From NCBI GenBank assembly GCA_050273025.1, contig CP158635.1:21638001-21702000 (forward strand): a stretch of DNA of 64,000 bases, read 5' to 3'. Source of the stretch: Cenococcum geophilum. Lineage: Eukaryota. Under the pieces are notes generated by a model. It did no database searches and was not told the origin of the DNA. It worked only from the letters and a program-made list of their open reading frames with translations. Below are positions 1-15,000 of the stretch, piece by piece; positions within the stretch are counted from its first letter, which is position 1, and each line of letters starts with the position of its first letter. The translations under genes and the position numbers were made by a program.

Positions 1-123
1 TTTAACTAAGGCTACTCCCTAGCCTTAGCCGCCTAAATTTTTACTTATGTAATAGAAGAGTAGAGGATAATAAAATGTTATTCTATCTTCTCCACTAGCA
101 CCTTTAGCTATTAAGCATTTTAC

Positions 124-1254
124 TAACCTATTTCTTCCTAAACTTAAATTCCTAAATAGTTTCTACCTCTTCTATAACCTTCTTGCTAATATCCTTCCAT
201 TTATTAATCCCCTCTTCTCCCTTCTCTATTTGCAACCCCTTAGTAGTTATAATATTTAGTTAATATCCCGCCTATATACCCCTATAAAGCGGTAGTTTAC
301 GCAGCACGCTTTTATCTAGGTTACTACTCTAATAAATCCTTAATAGGACAACTTCGCTAAACCTTAACCCCTTAATTAGCGGGCCTTTTACAAGACCTGG
401 TTTAAGAGCTATAGTATTAGCTCTAATAAACTCCCTTATTATAAGATCCCTTAATACCCACTCCTTACTAGGTAGGAAAAACTGTTTTAGCTTTAGAGAG
501 GCTAATATAAGTACTTATAAGCGTTCTAGTTCTGGGAAAGCTTTTAAATTTTTTTCTGCTATCTTAGATAGACGTGTTATATCCTCTTAACCGGATATCC
601 TAAAATAGAAGCGAATATTTGGCCAGAATAACGTAGGCCCTAGTGCTTTAGCGATGTTGTTATAGCGTACTTATATAAGTTTGTAGAGATTTATAGGTCC
701 ATTAGACGCGTATAATACCTATATACCGCCATCCTTATAATTATTATCCAAGTCTAAACCGGCCTAGAGTTCTTCCATTTCGTCGGTAGTAAGGAGACCT
801 ATAGGGTTATCTAGGGGCTTAGCGGAGGTATAAGAGCCAACGTAGATTAAGGCTTTATCTACTAGTGGATAAAGGCTAAATAGGATTTTTTGTTTAAGTT
901 CTTACCGACCAATACGCTAGAAATAAAGATCTACTAACAAGAGGCAGAAAATATCCGTATAGTCGTTAAGAAAGGAGAATATCCTATAGTGGATTTTAAT
1001 AGGAAGAGATATAAATGGCGCGTAGGTTAACCTAAGGTAAATATATTAGAATAAATAGATTTAACTATTAATGGGGCCTACCTAGTATTAAGAAAAGCTT
1101 AACTGCTAGAATTCTTAATCTAATCGGTGACCGGGACTGCTAGTTATATTACGATAATGCCTACGGACCTATTAAATAGGTACTCTTTAAGTTTGTTAAA
1201 GGAATGGAAGATAGTACAGTTATAGAGCATTATAATATGCCAGTTCTACCCTAT
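124..1254 (-). pseudogene. F-box-like conserved fungal protein, RIP-degenerated (cargo)
   Basis: N-terminus MGQNW..GKL.EYLFDG-like, an F-box-like segment IFSFL.DY.DIFCL near 900-1000, and a C-terminal WVLR.L...EF.RA..IALKP..V.GP.I.GL.F.EVV..RI motif. The 3' end is approximate. Confidence 0.55.
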
Positions 1255-1442
1255 TTCCCCTTGCTAGCTAGCTAATAAAGAGCCTTTAGTGCGCTTAAGG
1301 GGATATTAATAGAAGTTTAAGTAGGAATAGAATTAAGGGTCGTGCGACAATAGGTTAATTAACGGGGCAAGTTGCCAGAGAAACTACGCGGCACAACTTA
1401 ATTCAATTAGATATTAGAATATAAGACTCGCTATAAAGCTAT

Positions 1443-3819
1443 CTACTCCGCTAATACCTTTAGATCCTTCCTTGCTTCCTAAAGCACCTCCTTTATCTAA
1501 GAAGAAAAGTTTTTATCTATTCCCTTTTACCTCCCACCGCCTAGAAATACCACTTTTCGCAATCTATTAACCTAAGGGATTAGTGGCTAATAGTACGGCG
1601 AAAAGTTATCTTCTATAGTCTTAAGAAAATCCCCTTTATCAGTCACTCTTCCCTTTTTTAGGTCGGCCAACTTTGCAGTATTTTTATAGTTCCAGCACTT
1701 AAACTTAGTTAGACTAACACCTTTACTTAGCTTATTATAGTATACGTAAATCTAGAATAGTACCTAAAAGAATAATTTAAAATCATGCTAGGCTAAGTAT
1801 TTCTCGCCTAGGAGCACTCCTATAGCTATAAACGCTCTTATACTGGTCTTACCTTATACTCCTAAAGCTCCTTTCCACTACTCTTTAATCGCGAGATTAA
1901 GATCAATTAAGAATGACAGCTAGGAAGGATTATCCTCTTCCTTATTTATTAAGACGTTGCCTATTAAAACGTTATATTAGAGGATGCCGGCTTTTATATA
2001 TAAAGACTTATACCCTATAATGCCACCCTTTAATATAGTAAGTAATAAAACCCGGGACCTTGCCTTATAAAGAGGCTTACTATAATTATAAGTAATAACG
2101 CGCCGGTGTACTCAATTCTACTTAATAGGGTGCTTCGGAGAGCCCGAACACGTACGCTTACTAAGTAGTAGCTTAGTATAGCTAGAAGATCTCTTTTTAT
2201 TAAAACTTCGGCCTTTCCTTATACTGATTTGCACTCTACCCGGTATTAAAGGCATTATTAAGCTTTTTGGCTTATAGTTTATGGCACTTATAATATCTAG
2301 CCCCTTGCGAATATTGTAAATATTATTATCTTATCCACTAACGCAAACAGTCTTATGGTGATAGTACCTAGCCATATTAACCACTTCTTTCTCTATCACT
2401 TTATGTAGCAGTTCGCCTTCTTCTTTACGCTCTAGGTACTGCTACAAGTCTTTAATAACGAGAGGTATCTTAAAGGTATTACCCTTATGGTGCGCTTTTT
2501 AGCAAGTTGTCGCCTAACCAGCAATATAGGGTGCCCGCTTTATAAGTTCGTTAAGGATAAGACGCTTAGTCTAATTGTTGCGCACGACCTTAATATATTA
2601 TTTGCCGTCTAATATTAAAATAGTAGGGTTAAACTTAAGCTACTCTTTATTTATTAAGAGAAACCCTAACATTGCTAAGGTAAATTATAGTCCGTCTTTA
2701 TTAATATTAAATAGTGATAATACGATGCCTCCTACCCAGTTATACTCCTATAGCCGTATAATAGATCTATAGAGAGTAAAGCCTAGGATAAAGCGACGAG
2801 TGTTCTAAGCGGCGAAGACTTCTCTTATATATTTTCCTAAATTAAACTATGCCTATAAGGCTATATCGGTGTTTAGATTACTCTTTAGCTCTTCTAGCAT
2901 AAGTATATACAACTAATAGCATTAAGAGCTTTCGCTAGCTATTAGATTATCTATAAAACTAATATCTAGCTTTTGCTTTGCTATAGACCCTCGTAAAGGC
3001 TGCTTAGTGTATGTAATAAGCGTTTATTATATCTTTGGGGCGGACCCGTGCTCCTCTATAAAGCCTAAAAATGATTTAATTAGGTTATTAAACCATATTA
3101 GGATATTATCTTACTTTGCGCTTTTAGGCCAGTCACGCTAGCCGCCCTCGGCGTATAGTAGATTGTCCCCTTCCTTACATTTCTTGAAAACGGTAGCGCT
3201 TGCCTCTTTAAGACCTTTTACTCCCCTAAAGAATGCTTTATATAAGCCAGGAATCCCCACGTAAAGAGGGCCTAGCTCCTCCTTCAGAATATAATCTATA
3301 TATTCCCTGCGTTTGGACGAGTTAGTAAAGCTACTTATATTGCGCAGATATGGGGTTTAAACGTAGAGTAGCAGCGGTTAGGGCGGGGGGGTAGACTTTA
3401 TAATAGTAGCGTATACCTTTTCCTAAATAACCTTGTTAGATTTAATGCGGAGGATTATATTTAGAAGAGGTAGGAACCGCTTAATATTAAAGTTGTCGGA
3501 ACCAACCGCTAAATTAAGTCTCAATAGATTAATAAAAAGGCTTTTATTACCGCCGTTGGATAGCAATAAATAAGAAGCGTAAAGGCCCTATAGAGCTAGT
3601 ATTAGATTAAGTAAAATATTCTTTAGTTCTATAAGCGTTAGATAGAAACTTATAATAGGTATATTAGTAATTACCTTTATTACCTATCTGGTGCAACAAG
3701 TTTAAAGAGCTAGAGATATTTAGATTTTAATAAGCTAAGTTAAATAAATCGCGAAAGTCATTTAGTCCTTCTCCAATAGGTTTTATTTTAATTATCCCTA
3801 ATCTAGAGAGATTCGCCAT
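1443..3819 (-). pseudogene. Fungal-type protein kinase (FunK1 / Pkinase_fungal), RIP-degenerated (cargo)
   Basis: Starts MANLS..II..KPIGEGLNDFRD and contains LKEELGPLYVGIPG, AGILH..S.GNVL, SFLIDLDLAIKE, GKTGTRAFMAIGVLLGEKH..WHD.ESFFWVLFWIC (after reverting RIP changes). Confidence 0.85.
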
Positions 3820-4069
3820 TACGGGCAAATATGCTAAAAGCTACGTTAGGAGGGCCAACGTGGCAGGCGGGTAGGTAGGCGAGAAGGGTAGATTAAAGGT
3901 GCTAGTATATAAGGACGGTATAATAGCAGATAAGTGCAGGGAGGTTAAGAATACGTTAGTGGCGTCTTGTAATAAGGAAATAACTAGGGAGAAAAGTATA
4001 AGAAAGAAAGCAAGGTGCGAGTAAACGCGAGGATTAAAGATTAGGCGCGAAAAAGTCAAGCTAACCCAA

Positions 4070-4560
4070 TGCTTAAACTAAGGCTTCACAGGGCTTAGTT
4101 AAATACTAAGCCACAATAGGTAGGTAGCGTTTTCTGGTCTATAACTAGTTATACTTATCAGTTTTAGTTTATTCCGCGACGCGTAAGGCTCTAATACAGC
4201 GGAGCTCTTATATAGCGAGGCTGAAGAGGCGCCTAAGAACGCTAACGAACGATTACTAGTCCTAAAACAAGCTAAATCTAACATACTAAATACGAATATA
4301 GTTAACCTCTTTTTATAGCAGTTAATCGACCTATTTCCCGAAAACAGGTTCCAGTTTCTAAAACTGGATCTAGTATACGCGGACTCCCCCTCTGCTGGTA
4401 TATATTGTAAGGGAAACGCATTATTATTACTGTCTCCTTAGCAACGCCTTACTTATTTCCTTTAGAATATAACCCTCGCCAGTGTTTATTTTATATAGGT
4501 GACAAGCGTTTATCTCTATTTATTTGCACTAAATACAAAAATCCCCTGCGATATACCCCT
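4070..4560 (+). pseudogene. Possible short fragment resembling the C-terminal part of a second DUF3435-like protein
   Basis: Degenerate peptides FRDA.GS..AELL.SEAEEA.KNANER and PRQCLF(C)IGD(E)RLS resemble captain C-termini. Short and weak. Confidence 0.3.
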
Positions 4561-5681
4561 TAGAATTAGACTAAATCAATAGTAATTCCCTCCTAAGTTG
4601 GTTAGGTTTTAATATATTTTATTAACTTTGGGGCATTATAGACCTTATTACTTTTTTAAGAGAAACTGACCGTAACAAGCATTGCAGTAAAGGTCGTCCT
4701 ATCGATTATAGTATATAGCTATAAGCTTCGCCGTCTTCTACTTATTATATTAACGGTATATAAAACTAGTAGACAAAGCAAGCCAATACAATGTCCATTT
4801 ACCTCGCGGTTTATATTACTTCACTACTTTAAACAAAGGCGGCACTATATTTTAGTCGCTAGGTTCCCAAAGGATACTAGTAACATTAGTGTCTTAGAAG
4901 GGCTCTAAAGCCATTTTCTTTATAAGAGGATATATAGATAAAATATGCTAAATCTTAGAGGGCAGTAGGAGTATAAATACCGCTCCTCACGTTCTCATAA
5001 CGCTAAGGCTAAAGAGCGGAAATTCTTAGGCACAACTGAATTATAATTATATCGAAGCTTATCCACAACCCAGGCTCCAAGGCGTGTGTCCTTCTCTAAT
5101 ATATCCTATAGCGCTTAGTATTCGTCTAGCAATATACAAATACGCTTCTAAGTATTGTCCTATAATTAGCCTTAGTAGTGTAGTTATATAAGGCTAAGCA
5201 GGCGGCAAATACGGTAAAAAAGAGGTTGTGGAGAAGAGGCAATAAGGACCGTAGCCGGTGGAGAGATTTATAGAGGTATCGCTGGGTTTTTAAGTACCAA
5301 AAGAGTTAGGCTCTTTTGCGGTAATAGGAGGAAGCTTAGCTAATATAGCAAATTGCAATAATGCGCTGCCGGTGTTTATAACATTATTTAAATAATAAGT
5401 TTTTTCTTTATAGAGGACTAAACGAGTTATAGGCTAGCTAACTTATCGCTGCCAAGTATATAAAGGTGGAGAACTTATAAGCTTACTATAAGTAAGTCTC
5501 TTAACTTTAATCTAATATATAAAAACTTGTCTATACACGCAAATAATAACGAGATATTCTTAATATAGAAGCAATTAGATAGAAATAAAACACCAAGCTA
5601 AGGAAATCCTAATTAACGCCTTAATTCTTAATGCCGAAAGACAAGAATATAATTGCAAAAATCTTCCTTATAAGAAATTTC

Positions 5682-6700
5682 TTATACCTTAAACCTCTTA
5701 GGATCTCTATCTATAGTAGGATCTACCTTTCTCTTGCGTACCCTTTTCCTTAATATCTCTTCTAATAAATCCTCTAATGCCTTTTCTAGTTGATCTCCTT
5801 ACTTGTATAGTTTGCCCCTCTTAGCTATCTCTATTATAATATCTTTAAGTAGTTTATATATCTTAGCATGACGGTAAAAGAGATAGGGATTCTTAGTATA
5901 GTATAATATAAGTCTGTTTGGTAGTATGTCCACGGCTAAAACCTAGGTAGGATACCAGTATATTACTATAATAGGGCCGAATATAGATACAAATGATTTA
6001 TAACTAGGGCTTTAGAGACGTTTTAAGTCCTTTATTATAAAACAAGAAGGCAACTACGAGACGAAATACTTTAGTTATCTACGCGAAATTATGGCATCGG
6101 AAATTATTAATATTTTAGATAGGGGAGATATAACTCCAAGAAACGTTATAAGATTAGCTAAGCTATTCCCTACTTACTTATTAGTATTGCTAAATAAATA
6201 TAGGTGTTTTATAAATATACCTAGAGGTATTGGTAAACCTTTAATATAAACCTCTTTTAGTTAAGGTAAGTCTATTTTAGCCTCGCTATAGCTCTCTATT
6301 AGCTTAGGTAAGACTGTTTTAGTTTCGCTGCGGCCTTTTAGGCTCTTAAGGTAATTAATATACATTTCCGTATCTTCTTATATATTACCCTCCGTATTAT
6401 TATCAATTTTATAAGAGTTGACCTTATTAGGTGTTTAAGTAGGCGTATAAGGTATTTGTTTCTGTATAGGGTCGGAAAGCTATAATTATTTCTTTTCCCT
6501 ACTAGCAGATACTATATCTTTATTATTAATGCGATTCTAGGATAATTTAAGGTTTCCAGCAAGTTAACGAATAGGTATATTATCTTTAGGGTGATAGTAT
6601 ATTATGATATTTCTATAAGTACCGATTAAGGACCTATAGGTTATATTAGCAATATATCTAAGCTTAGTTAAGGTAATATATATAATGTCTGGTATTTTTA
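5682..6700 (-). pseudogene. Hypothetical cargo gene, paralog A
   Basis: The 3' part and downstream flank align with 20470-21020. Shared peptide LP.C...EDLKRL..P.Y.S.VS..GP.AV..WYP.QVL...HHA.MYK.LED..MEMA.RGK.YEQ. The 5' end is approximate. Confidence 0.5.
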
Positions 6701-8429
6701 TAAAGATAGTAAGGGATATATAGTTAAAAGGTTAGATTTAAAGGTAAGTTAAATTAATGGCATATAAGAGCTAGGAGTACGACGTTTATATTCTATTTCT
6801 TTTTTAGGGCGGAGTTAGGATAAAAGGCAGAAAGGAAAGGCGAAGTATACCAGCCGCTCTTTTCCACTTTATATAGTATCTATAGTATAATATTTAGTAA
6901 CTGTAATTACTCTTAGCTTATATATCGTCTGCGCCCAAGATTATAGGCGCCTAAAGTAATCCACAAGTAAAGCATTAAGTGAGGCATTGTTGGGGGTAGC
7001 TATTAGCTAAGCTGTTACTAAATTTAAACAGTTAACGATTCCTAATAGACGCCGCATGCCTTAGTAGGGTTTAGAGGCGTTTATATAAAGTTATAAACTA
7101 GAACTAGAAGTTAACAATAACCCCTAATAACGCCTCTCTTAGTAGGAATAGTATTATATAATCTACTTCCGACGCCTATTCTTCCCGGGGTAAAATACTA
7201 CCTAAGCAGTAGACTTATCCTAGCCAGTTAATCTTATATATTAACCCCCCATCTATAGTAAAGGAGCTATTAGTGCCTTTAGGGTGGTTTAATTAGCATT
7301 CTGGCTAAGCCCTTTATAAGCGCTCCACCTTATACAGGTGGCAATTAACTCCTATTAATCTGCCTTGCGTTAGGGGAGATCTTTTACTTAAAGCACTAAA
7401 CAGCCGGTACTTAGAGGTTTATAGGCTTATTCTATATCCTAATAATATTAACCACAATTTCTCCTTAAGTGATATCCGTAACCCTAAGTACCTATAAGCG
7501 CAGCGTCCCTAAATTATTAGCTAGTAAGTAGACGTTTATAGATAGAGAAACCGACTTTAGAGACGACGGCAATGTAGAGGCATTAGCTGGTTTAGAAAGT
7601 GACTTTAATAATAAGGATTAAGAATAGGATATAGAGACATTATATGACGGAGAAAATGGTTTTAGCACTAAAGATTAAGAAATAGGGGTAGACAGTAATG
7701 AAAAGATATTAAGCGATAAGGCCATATAGGCGACAGTTAGATATAGTGGCCTTAGCTTTATAGTCTTAAATCTATAAGTATAGGATATAAATATAAAGAA
7801 GATTTCTAATAAAAGCTGGTAAAAGGGTTAAAACTTTGGCCTCTTTTCGTTTAGCCTATCGCGAAACAAAATAATATTTTACTATTCCTATCAGAGTCTC
7901 TGCCCGCTTGACTTATAGCGAGCTATAAAGTATTCGCGATGATTTATGCTTTCACTTAGATAAATTTATTCACTATTTTAAAAGTAATAATGGAAGGTAA
8001 ATCTATACTAACGACCCAGAATTTTTTAAATTTCTTATGGACTAGGGATGCATGCCACGTTAGCAACTATTAGTTATATTTAAGACTACGGTACTTATAG
8101 ATTTATATCTTAAGGATATAAACATGTTTTTTTATAGTGTTTTCTTTTTATTTAAATTATTTCTCTGCTTATAGTATATAGCGGTTATTTATCTATTCCG
8201 GTATAGTGGGGAGGAATAGTTAGGTTACGCAAAGAGGCTCGGACTTATAGCTACGCTTATAGGGCTATTTATATAGGAACTTCTCTAAGTATATATAAGG
8301 GGTCTTTATCTAGGAACTTCTTTAATATTTCTAGATCTAGGACTTATATATTTCTTTTTTTTATAGTTCTAGTATTTTCCTAATATTTGCTTCTTATTTA
8401 TATACTAGGCGTTAATAGAGGGCGCTAGG

Positions 8430-9000
8430 TTAGATTACCCTACTTATATAATTACTCTGCTTATACGATTACTCTACTTATATAATCGCCTAGCTCGCAC
8501 AATTACCTAGTTTATACAATTACCTAGCTTGCACAATTACCTAGCTTATATAATCGCCTAGCTTACACGATTACCTAGCTTATAGGATTGCCTAGCTCCT
8601 ATAAGTACTATACTCGCACAGTTACCTAGCTTGCACGATTACCTAGCTTATAGGATTAGCTAGCTCCTACGAGCATTTAGCTTACACAATTACCCAGTTT
8701 ACACAATTGCCTAGCTTGTATAATTACCTAGCTTATAGGATTGCCCAGCTCCTATAAGTACTATACTTACATAATTACCTAGCTTATAAAATTAGCTAGC
8801 TCCTACAAGCATCTAGCTTATATAATCGCCTAGCTTATAGGATTAAAGCCGCGAAGTTATTAAACCTATTAATACCCTATTTATACGCTAGGTATTAATT
8901 AAAGGGCGCTAGGTTAGATTACTCTACTCGCATAATTACCTAGCTTATAGGATCCCCAGCTCCTATAAGCCCCTAGCTTCTATAACCTCCTAGCTTATAA
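8430..9000. repeat. 17-bp minisatellite (consensus ~AATTACCTAGCTTGCAC), RIP-diverged
   Basis: TACCTAG recurs at 17-nt spacing (e.g. 8521 and 8538). The flanking motif GGCGCTAGGTTAGATTAC is duplicated at ~8421 and ~8905. Confidence 0.85.
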
Positions 9001-12000
9001 AACCGAAGCCGCAGCCGCTAAATCCGTTAAGATCCTAGCTGCGTATTTAGAGGACGCTACGCCCAACTACCTAGCTCGCTCTTTTTATAGAATTCCTTAA
9101 TTAATCGATAGTACCTATTTAGAAAATATTTCCTAATGTCTTCCTATAATATAAATCTCTTATTACGTAATTCTATAAGGAGATCCTCTTCCTTAACTAT
9201 CTATGCCGGCTCTTTAGCGCGAAGAAGATTACTATAATAGCGCTGATATATACCCGGTGTTCTCCCCTACAGGGTTTTTATAACATTATCCTATAATAAA
9301 ACTAAAAGCAATACTTAGTAACCTAGCTCTATAAGGATTTGATTTTTATAAGGTGTCTATATAGTTTAAGACTGGGGCTCCTATAAGGCTAGGACCTAAA
9401 AATATAAACCACTTATACCTTAGGTCAATAAAGCACCCTATATAATTCCACTAATATTAGTCCAGTTTATATAAATAAGGGCTTATTTTATAGCTCTATG
9501 CTAGAGCTATAAAATAGGTCTCTATTAGTAAAATATAGAGCTATATTAGTGGGGCTATAGGGGGTATATTGTTTTAATAGTAGTGGGGAATACGCGGGCT
9601 TACTCCGGCACGAGTTTACGATATTTTAGTAAGAATAGTATTAGCAGGGCCTTAAATTCCATTCTAACTTTTAAGCACCTAGTTATTAAAGAAAGTCTAC
9701 TATAGGGAAACGAATATGCATTGCATAGCTAGATTAGTATAAATTTCCTATCTATTAGTATATAATCCTTAATAGTTTTAAGGACTTCTTTACACTGCTT
9801 ACCCTTTATATAACCGATAAACGCGAAACTGCATCTTAGTGACTACCTATTTCTTTCGGCCTTATCTAACACATGCGTAATAACCACCTTTAGCAATAGA
9901 TACTGGACTATCCTTATCTCCTCTTTACCCTTATTTATTCTAGTCTGCACTATATATATAGAAGAATGCTAGCGCTTTAGAGAATTATTATAATGTCTAT
10001 CCACTACTCTATTAAGCGTAAATACTGGCCTATCTTTATCCTTAGAAATTCCCATTAGTATTTACTTACTAGCAGGGCTACGGATTATATTAATGTACTT
10101 TAGGAGTTTAGGGTCGTCTAATAACTAGCGGACGATCTTTATACTATAATGTTTATATCCTAATACCGCTTTAAGCCTATACCTTTAGCAATTATTAAAA
10201 TAAGATTTTGCTGTTATAAGAAACCTATTAACAAAATCCTTATAGCTGTTAGTTTTCTTCTATAAAAATATAAACTAGTTACTTATATAAACTTCCGAAT
10301 GCTTAAATACTCCGGTTAAACTAAAAGCAGTTAGCTAAATAATATTATCTCTAACTAGTGCTCCTACGGCTAAACTAAAAATAGTTGGCTAAAGGATATA
10401 ATCCCTAACTAGTGCCACTGGAGTAAGGTAAGGTAATGTCTTAGTCTTATTATCTTTAACCGTCAGGGATTTAAGAGGTAATAATTGCGTAGGGGTTAAG
10501 GATGCACTTAGTTCCCCCTTAAAGTAGTCTTAAGTAAGCCTATCCTCTACTCTAGAGTATATAGAGAGGGTACTAATATTACTAGGGTAGGTTAGGTCCT
10601 TATTAGCATTCGCAAAAGAGGGAAAGGGCTAGCTTGGCGTATTAATACTAGAAGGAGTCGCCATCACTCTAATACCGCTAGGAGAGTTAAGCTTAGGAAG
10701 TATTTGTTTCTTATTAACATTTACTAAAGGGTAAAAAAGATAGGACTAAACGCTTGTCGTTATATCGTTAACACTAGAGTTAAGCTTAGTAGGTATTAGT
10801 TCCTTGTTAATATCCACCAGAGTAAAAGGGTAAAGATAGGGCTAGATATCGCTCGTTATATTATTAACGTAAGAGTTAGTAGTATTCTTATTAGCCTTGT
10901 CTAATAATAAATCTCTAGTGCGTATAATTCGCCTTTAGTTACTTATAGAGCTAGTTGCCTAATAGTTTAGAGTTACCATAGAAAGTTATTAATGGATTTT
11001 CGTTACCGGTTATGGAAGGGAAGTATTTATAGGAAATAGAAATGGGGTATATTAAGTAAGTATTTGTATAAGGAAAGCACGGCAGAGCTGCTAGTACTAA
11101 GCGGCTTCCTATACAGGGCTGCCTAAATCCCCCATAAGCTAAAGTGCGTGGCGTATATACCTATAGCTAAATCTAAACACGCTAATAACTTAGAAATACT
11201 GTAGAAGTCCATATATAAGGTTTATTATTGGTTGCACTTATATCTAAATACCTTATTATATCCTAAGGGAACGGCTTAGCGTTTAAATGCAATAGGGCCA
11301 AATAGAAGCAAATGGTGAGGCTTACTCCTATAGTTCTTAGAGCTTAGAGAATTACACTAAGACGGTCAGCCTATATAGGACATTCTACTCTTAATTTCGT
11401 GGTAGAGACTTAGTGACTAAAAGAGTAAATGCCCTATATTTTTAGGTACTGCTTATATAGGTAGTAGTATTATAGGGCACAAATTTATATAAGGTATAGC
11501 TGCGTTAATTAGGGTAAGATATACTGCTAATTTCGTAAGGCGAGATAGGCACTGCTTATATTAGGCTTTAATTTAAGCGCCTATCTTTAATGATCTATAT
11601 AGCTACACCCCTACACGCACTACCCGCTACTTATTTTTATATATTATCTCATATAGGATCCTATAGGAGCCCCTAAATAGGTTTATTGGTTAATTCCCCT
11701 TAGGATTCCTTATTCTCTAGAACTAAAATATAACTTAGTGAAAACGTACTAGTTATAATGTTTATATTAAAACTAACTAGTAGCACTTCTAATAGCTTTC
11801 GGTATACGCCAGCTTATAGCCTTTTAGTTTACTTTATTTAACCTATTACCTCTTAGTTTCTTATTTACGCGTTCTAAAATTTTTTGCCTTTTAGATAAAT
11901 TTATATCATTTTAGCCGCGCCTTAAGCTAATAATACTTCTAGCTTCCTTATTTATAAATTTCTGCTAATCCTTATTAAAAAAGGCGCCTCAGCCTAGGCC

Positions 12001-15000
12001 TATATACTTGCTAGGAAACGCTACTACTACTCTAGGTTATACTAAACTGCATCCTATACCTGCTTTGCAGTAGCATTAGCCCTAATATCCATTATGCGTA
12101 GTAGTGTTTAGAAATAGGTATTAGTGAAATTACTAGGTCCTAATATGTTATAGCAAAGCGGGGTTTCGCAAATAGAGAATTTTAAGTTATTTAAGTGTCT
12201 TAGCTAACGCCACCAGAATTACCCCTGCTAGTTTAGTTTTATAAAACTGGTCCTCCCGCCTTCCCTAGGATTATACTAACTATTTAGCTAAACGCCGCCA
12301 GTTCTAGCAGCCGCGCCAGACGCAGCCTACCTAATACTTCTACTACGTTACGGAATATGCAGAAGAACTATATAAAGTTATAATTTAGGCAGCCCCTAGC
12401 TAATACATTAGATCTTTCTCTTACTAATAGCCCTAGGGTTACTGCGAGGAGTTAAAGCGCCAGAAGTTGCTTACTATAGCCAATCCGCTATATTATAGAA
12501 GCGAGAGGAGCTAGGGCTCCTGGGTATAATAGCTAAGTCAACGATAATAGTTACATTTTCCCCAGTTATTAAAAGGATAATTTATTTCGTAAATTATAAA
12601 ACCTCTCCAACGCTCCGTATAAGCTAGAAAAATAATTTGCTTATAGAGTAAAAGATTACCTTTATACTATTTTCCAATACCAAAAATAGAACTCTTAATG
12701 AAGTATAATTATAAAAATGGCCAATGCGAGGCCTATATACCTATATTATATATTAGTAAACTAATAGCTAAAATCGGGGGAGGCTTTATATATTAAAATT
12801 AACCTTACGGCCTTAATTTCCGTCTTAGTAGTTTACGCTACTATCCTAATTATGCCTATATACCCGCAACCTAATAGCTAAGCCAGAAATGCGTGTTTAG
12901 AGCGATCCTGTTAAAGCTATAATCGTAAATACCAACTAAGAATAATACTAGCGCAATAAAGCCAGACGCGCTAGACCTTAAAATCTTTAACTAACATTTT
13001 AAAGAGGTATATTACCTAAAAGAAAATAATAAGTAAGCAAAAAAGGGCACTATATAACGCTATTTCAATAATAAAAGGGTTTAGATACCATAAAAACTAA
13101 GTAGTTGCGATGAGGAAGAGGGCAGAGTAAGTAAATCTGCTAACGGGAGCTATAATCCCAAATATCTAAGAAAATAGAAAAGAATGAGGATGAAAGTGGG
13201 AGTAGGGTAGCTTATAACGATATTGTTTCTTAGAAATAAGGTAGGCTATATAAACGCTATATTATTACCGCTAAATAACTTAACCAAGCGGCTTCCTAAT
13301 AAGTTATCGCCCTAACCTTAGGCGATAAATAACTAAAGAAGGCACTTAGGGCGTATGGGGGTCAGTTACCTTCTCCATTTTATTACTAAATTAAGTATTT
13401 AATACTATTTATAATTTTGGGTGATGCTAAATAGAAAAAGAGAAGAGTATAAATCTTTTATTTTAGCTAGTAACTTACAAGTTTTCTATATCCTTATACC
13501 CCGAATTAATCTTCGTCTCCTAGCTGTACGCTTATAGTGCGGCGCTATGGTTTACAAGCACTAAAATTATATAGATACTCTACCGGACCTTCTATTAACT
13601 TGGTCTTAATATTAAACCTAAAGTGTCTTAAAATAGGCTGGCTTACTAGTATAGTTAATACCTATATCTTCTTTCCCTCTTTATCCTACTTTTCTACTAC
13701 TATTTTAATAAGTATTCTGCCTAGACCAGACTTCTGATAAGACTCGTGTATAATAAAAGTAGAGATTTTTATTAGGCAATCTTAGGAGTACCTAGCGCAA
13801 AATTAGCCACGCCCCTAGGCCTATAACTTAAGAACCATACTAATGCCCCTTAGCGTGAGTTTGTTCCTTATAAAACTCAATATTATCTAAGTTTTCATCT
13901 CAACGCAGATTTTCGATACCCTTTAGGAGGCTGTTGAAAATACCTTCGTTTTATTAGCTTGCAAACTTATACTAAATAGATAGTGGTACTATATAAATGT
14001 CCCCCTTTAGCAGTGGCTAAGGTTCTAGGCCACTTATAATAAGAACGCTAGAAATTACAGTTTTGCTAATTAACACCGTCAAATCTTGCCTGGCCTATGG
14101 CGACTTAACTACCTTAGCTTTGTTTTTATTGTATAGGCTTTCTATACTATAAACCCTTAAGATAAAACTAAGAAACGCATTAATAAGATTAACTACGTAG
14201 GAGTCGTATATATTTATTAGGAATTCTTTAAAATATAGTCTCCGAATCTTAAAAGATAGGGAGGTTTTAAAAGCTAAAATAATAATATAGGTTGCTTAAA
14301 ATACGTCTATATGCGTAAGCAGTCGGATTTAATAAGTAGCCATCGCAGAAGAGAGTAAAGAAAAGTAAAATTAGTAGCAGAAGGAGGAATACCCTTAAAA
14401 GATATATGGAGAAGTTACAATATTAATTAGACAAGACTATTGGGACCGTCGCGGATATAATAGCTATAGCCCCTACTCCGACTAATAGAATTAAGTTCTT
14501 TAGTATTACTATTCCACCCTTCCTTTAGATAGCATCTAGTAAAGGATTCCGTACGGCAGGTATAGCTAAGAATTATTACCGCACGTATTATGCTAATTTA
14601 TCGTTATGCATTTTGTGTCTGCTTAGTATTACCTAATACTTAACCTTTAGGAACGTATATATATAAGCCTAACGCTACCAAATGCTATTAGATGTAAAGA
14701 TAAGGTGCTAAGGCAAAAGATATAGTTTCCTAAGCTAGATACAAATGACTACTATTAAGGGTCTATAGTGGATAGACGCGGCCTCCACTTTAAAACATTC
14801 TCTATACCTTTTTCTTTAATATAGTCCTCTAAGCCTTAGAGATTCCTCTAAATTATAGTCTGCAATTTAATTAGAATAGATACCGTATAAAAAATATTAA
14901 ACGTACTTAAAACGTATATGCGTTGGAGTGGTTATATATTAATTTAAGGAAAGTAGTTGAATAGATAATATCCTATACTTATTGCCCTCTAGTTTTTCTA

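Noticed and set aside
8430..9000. 17-bp repeats as a CRISPR array or coding repeat
   Set aside because: No spacers, and the period is not a multiple of 3.
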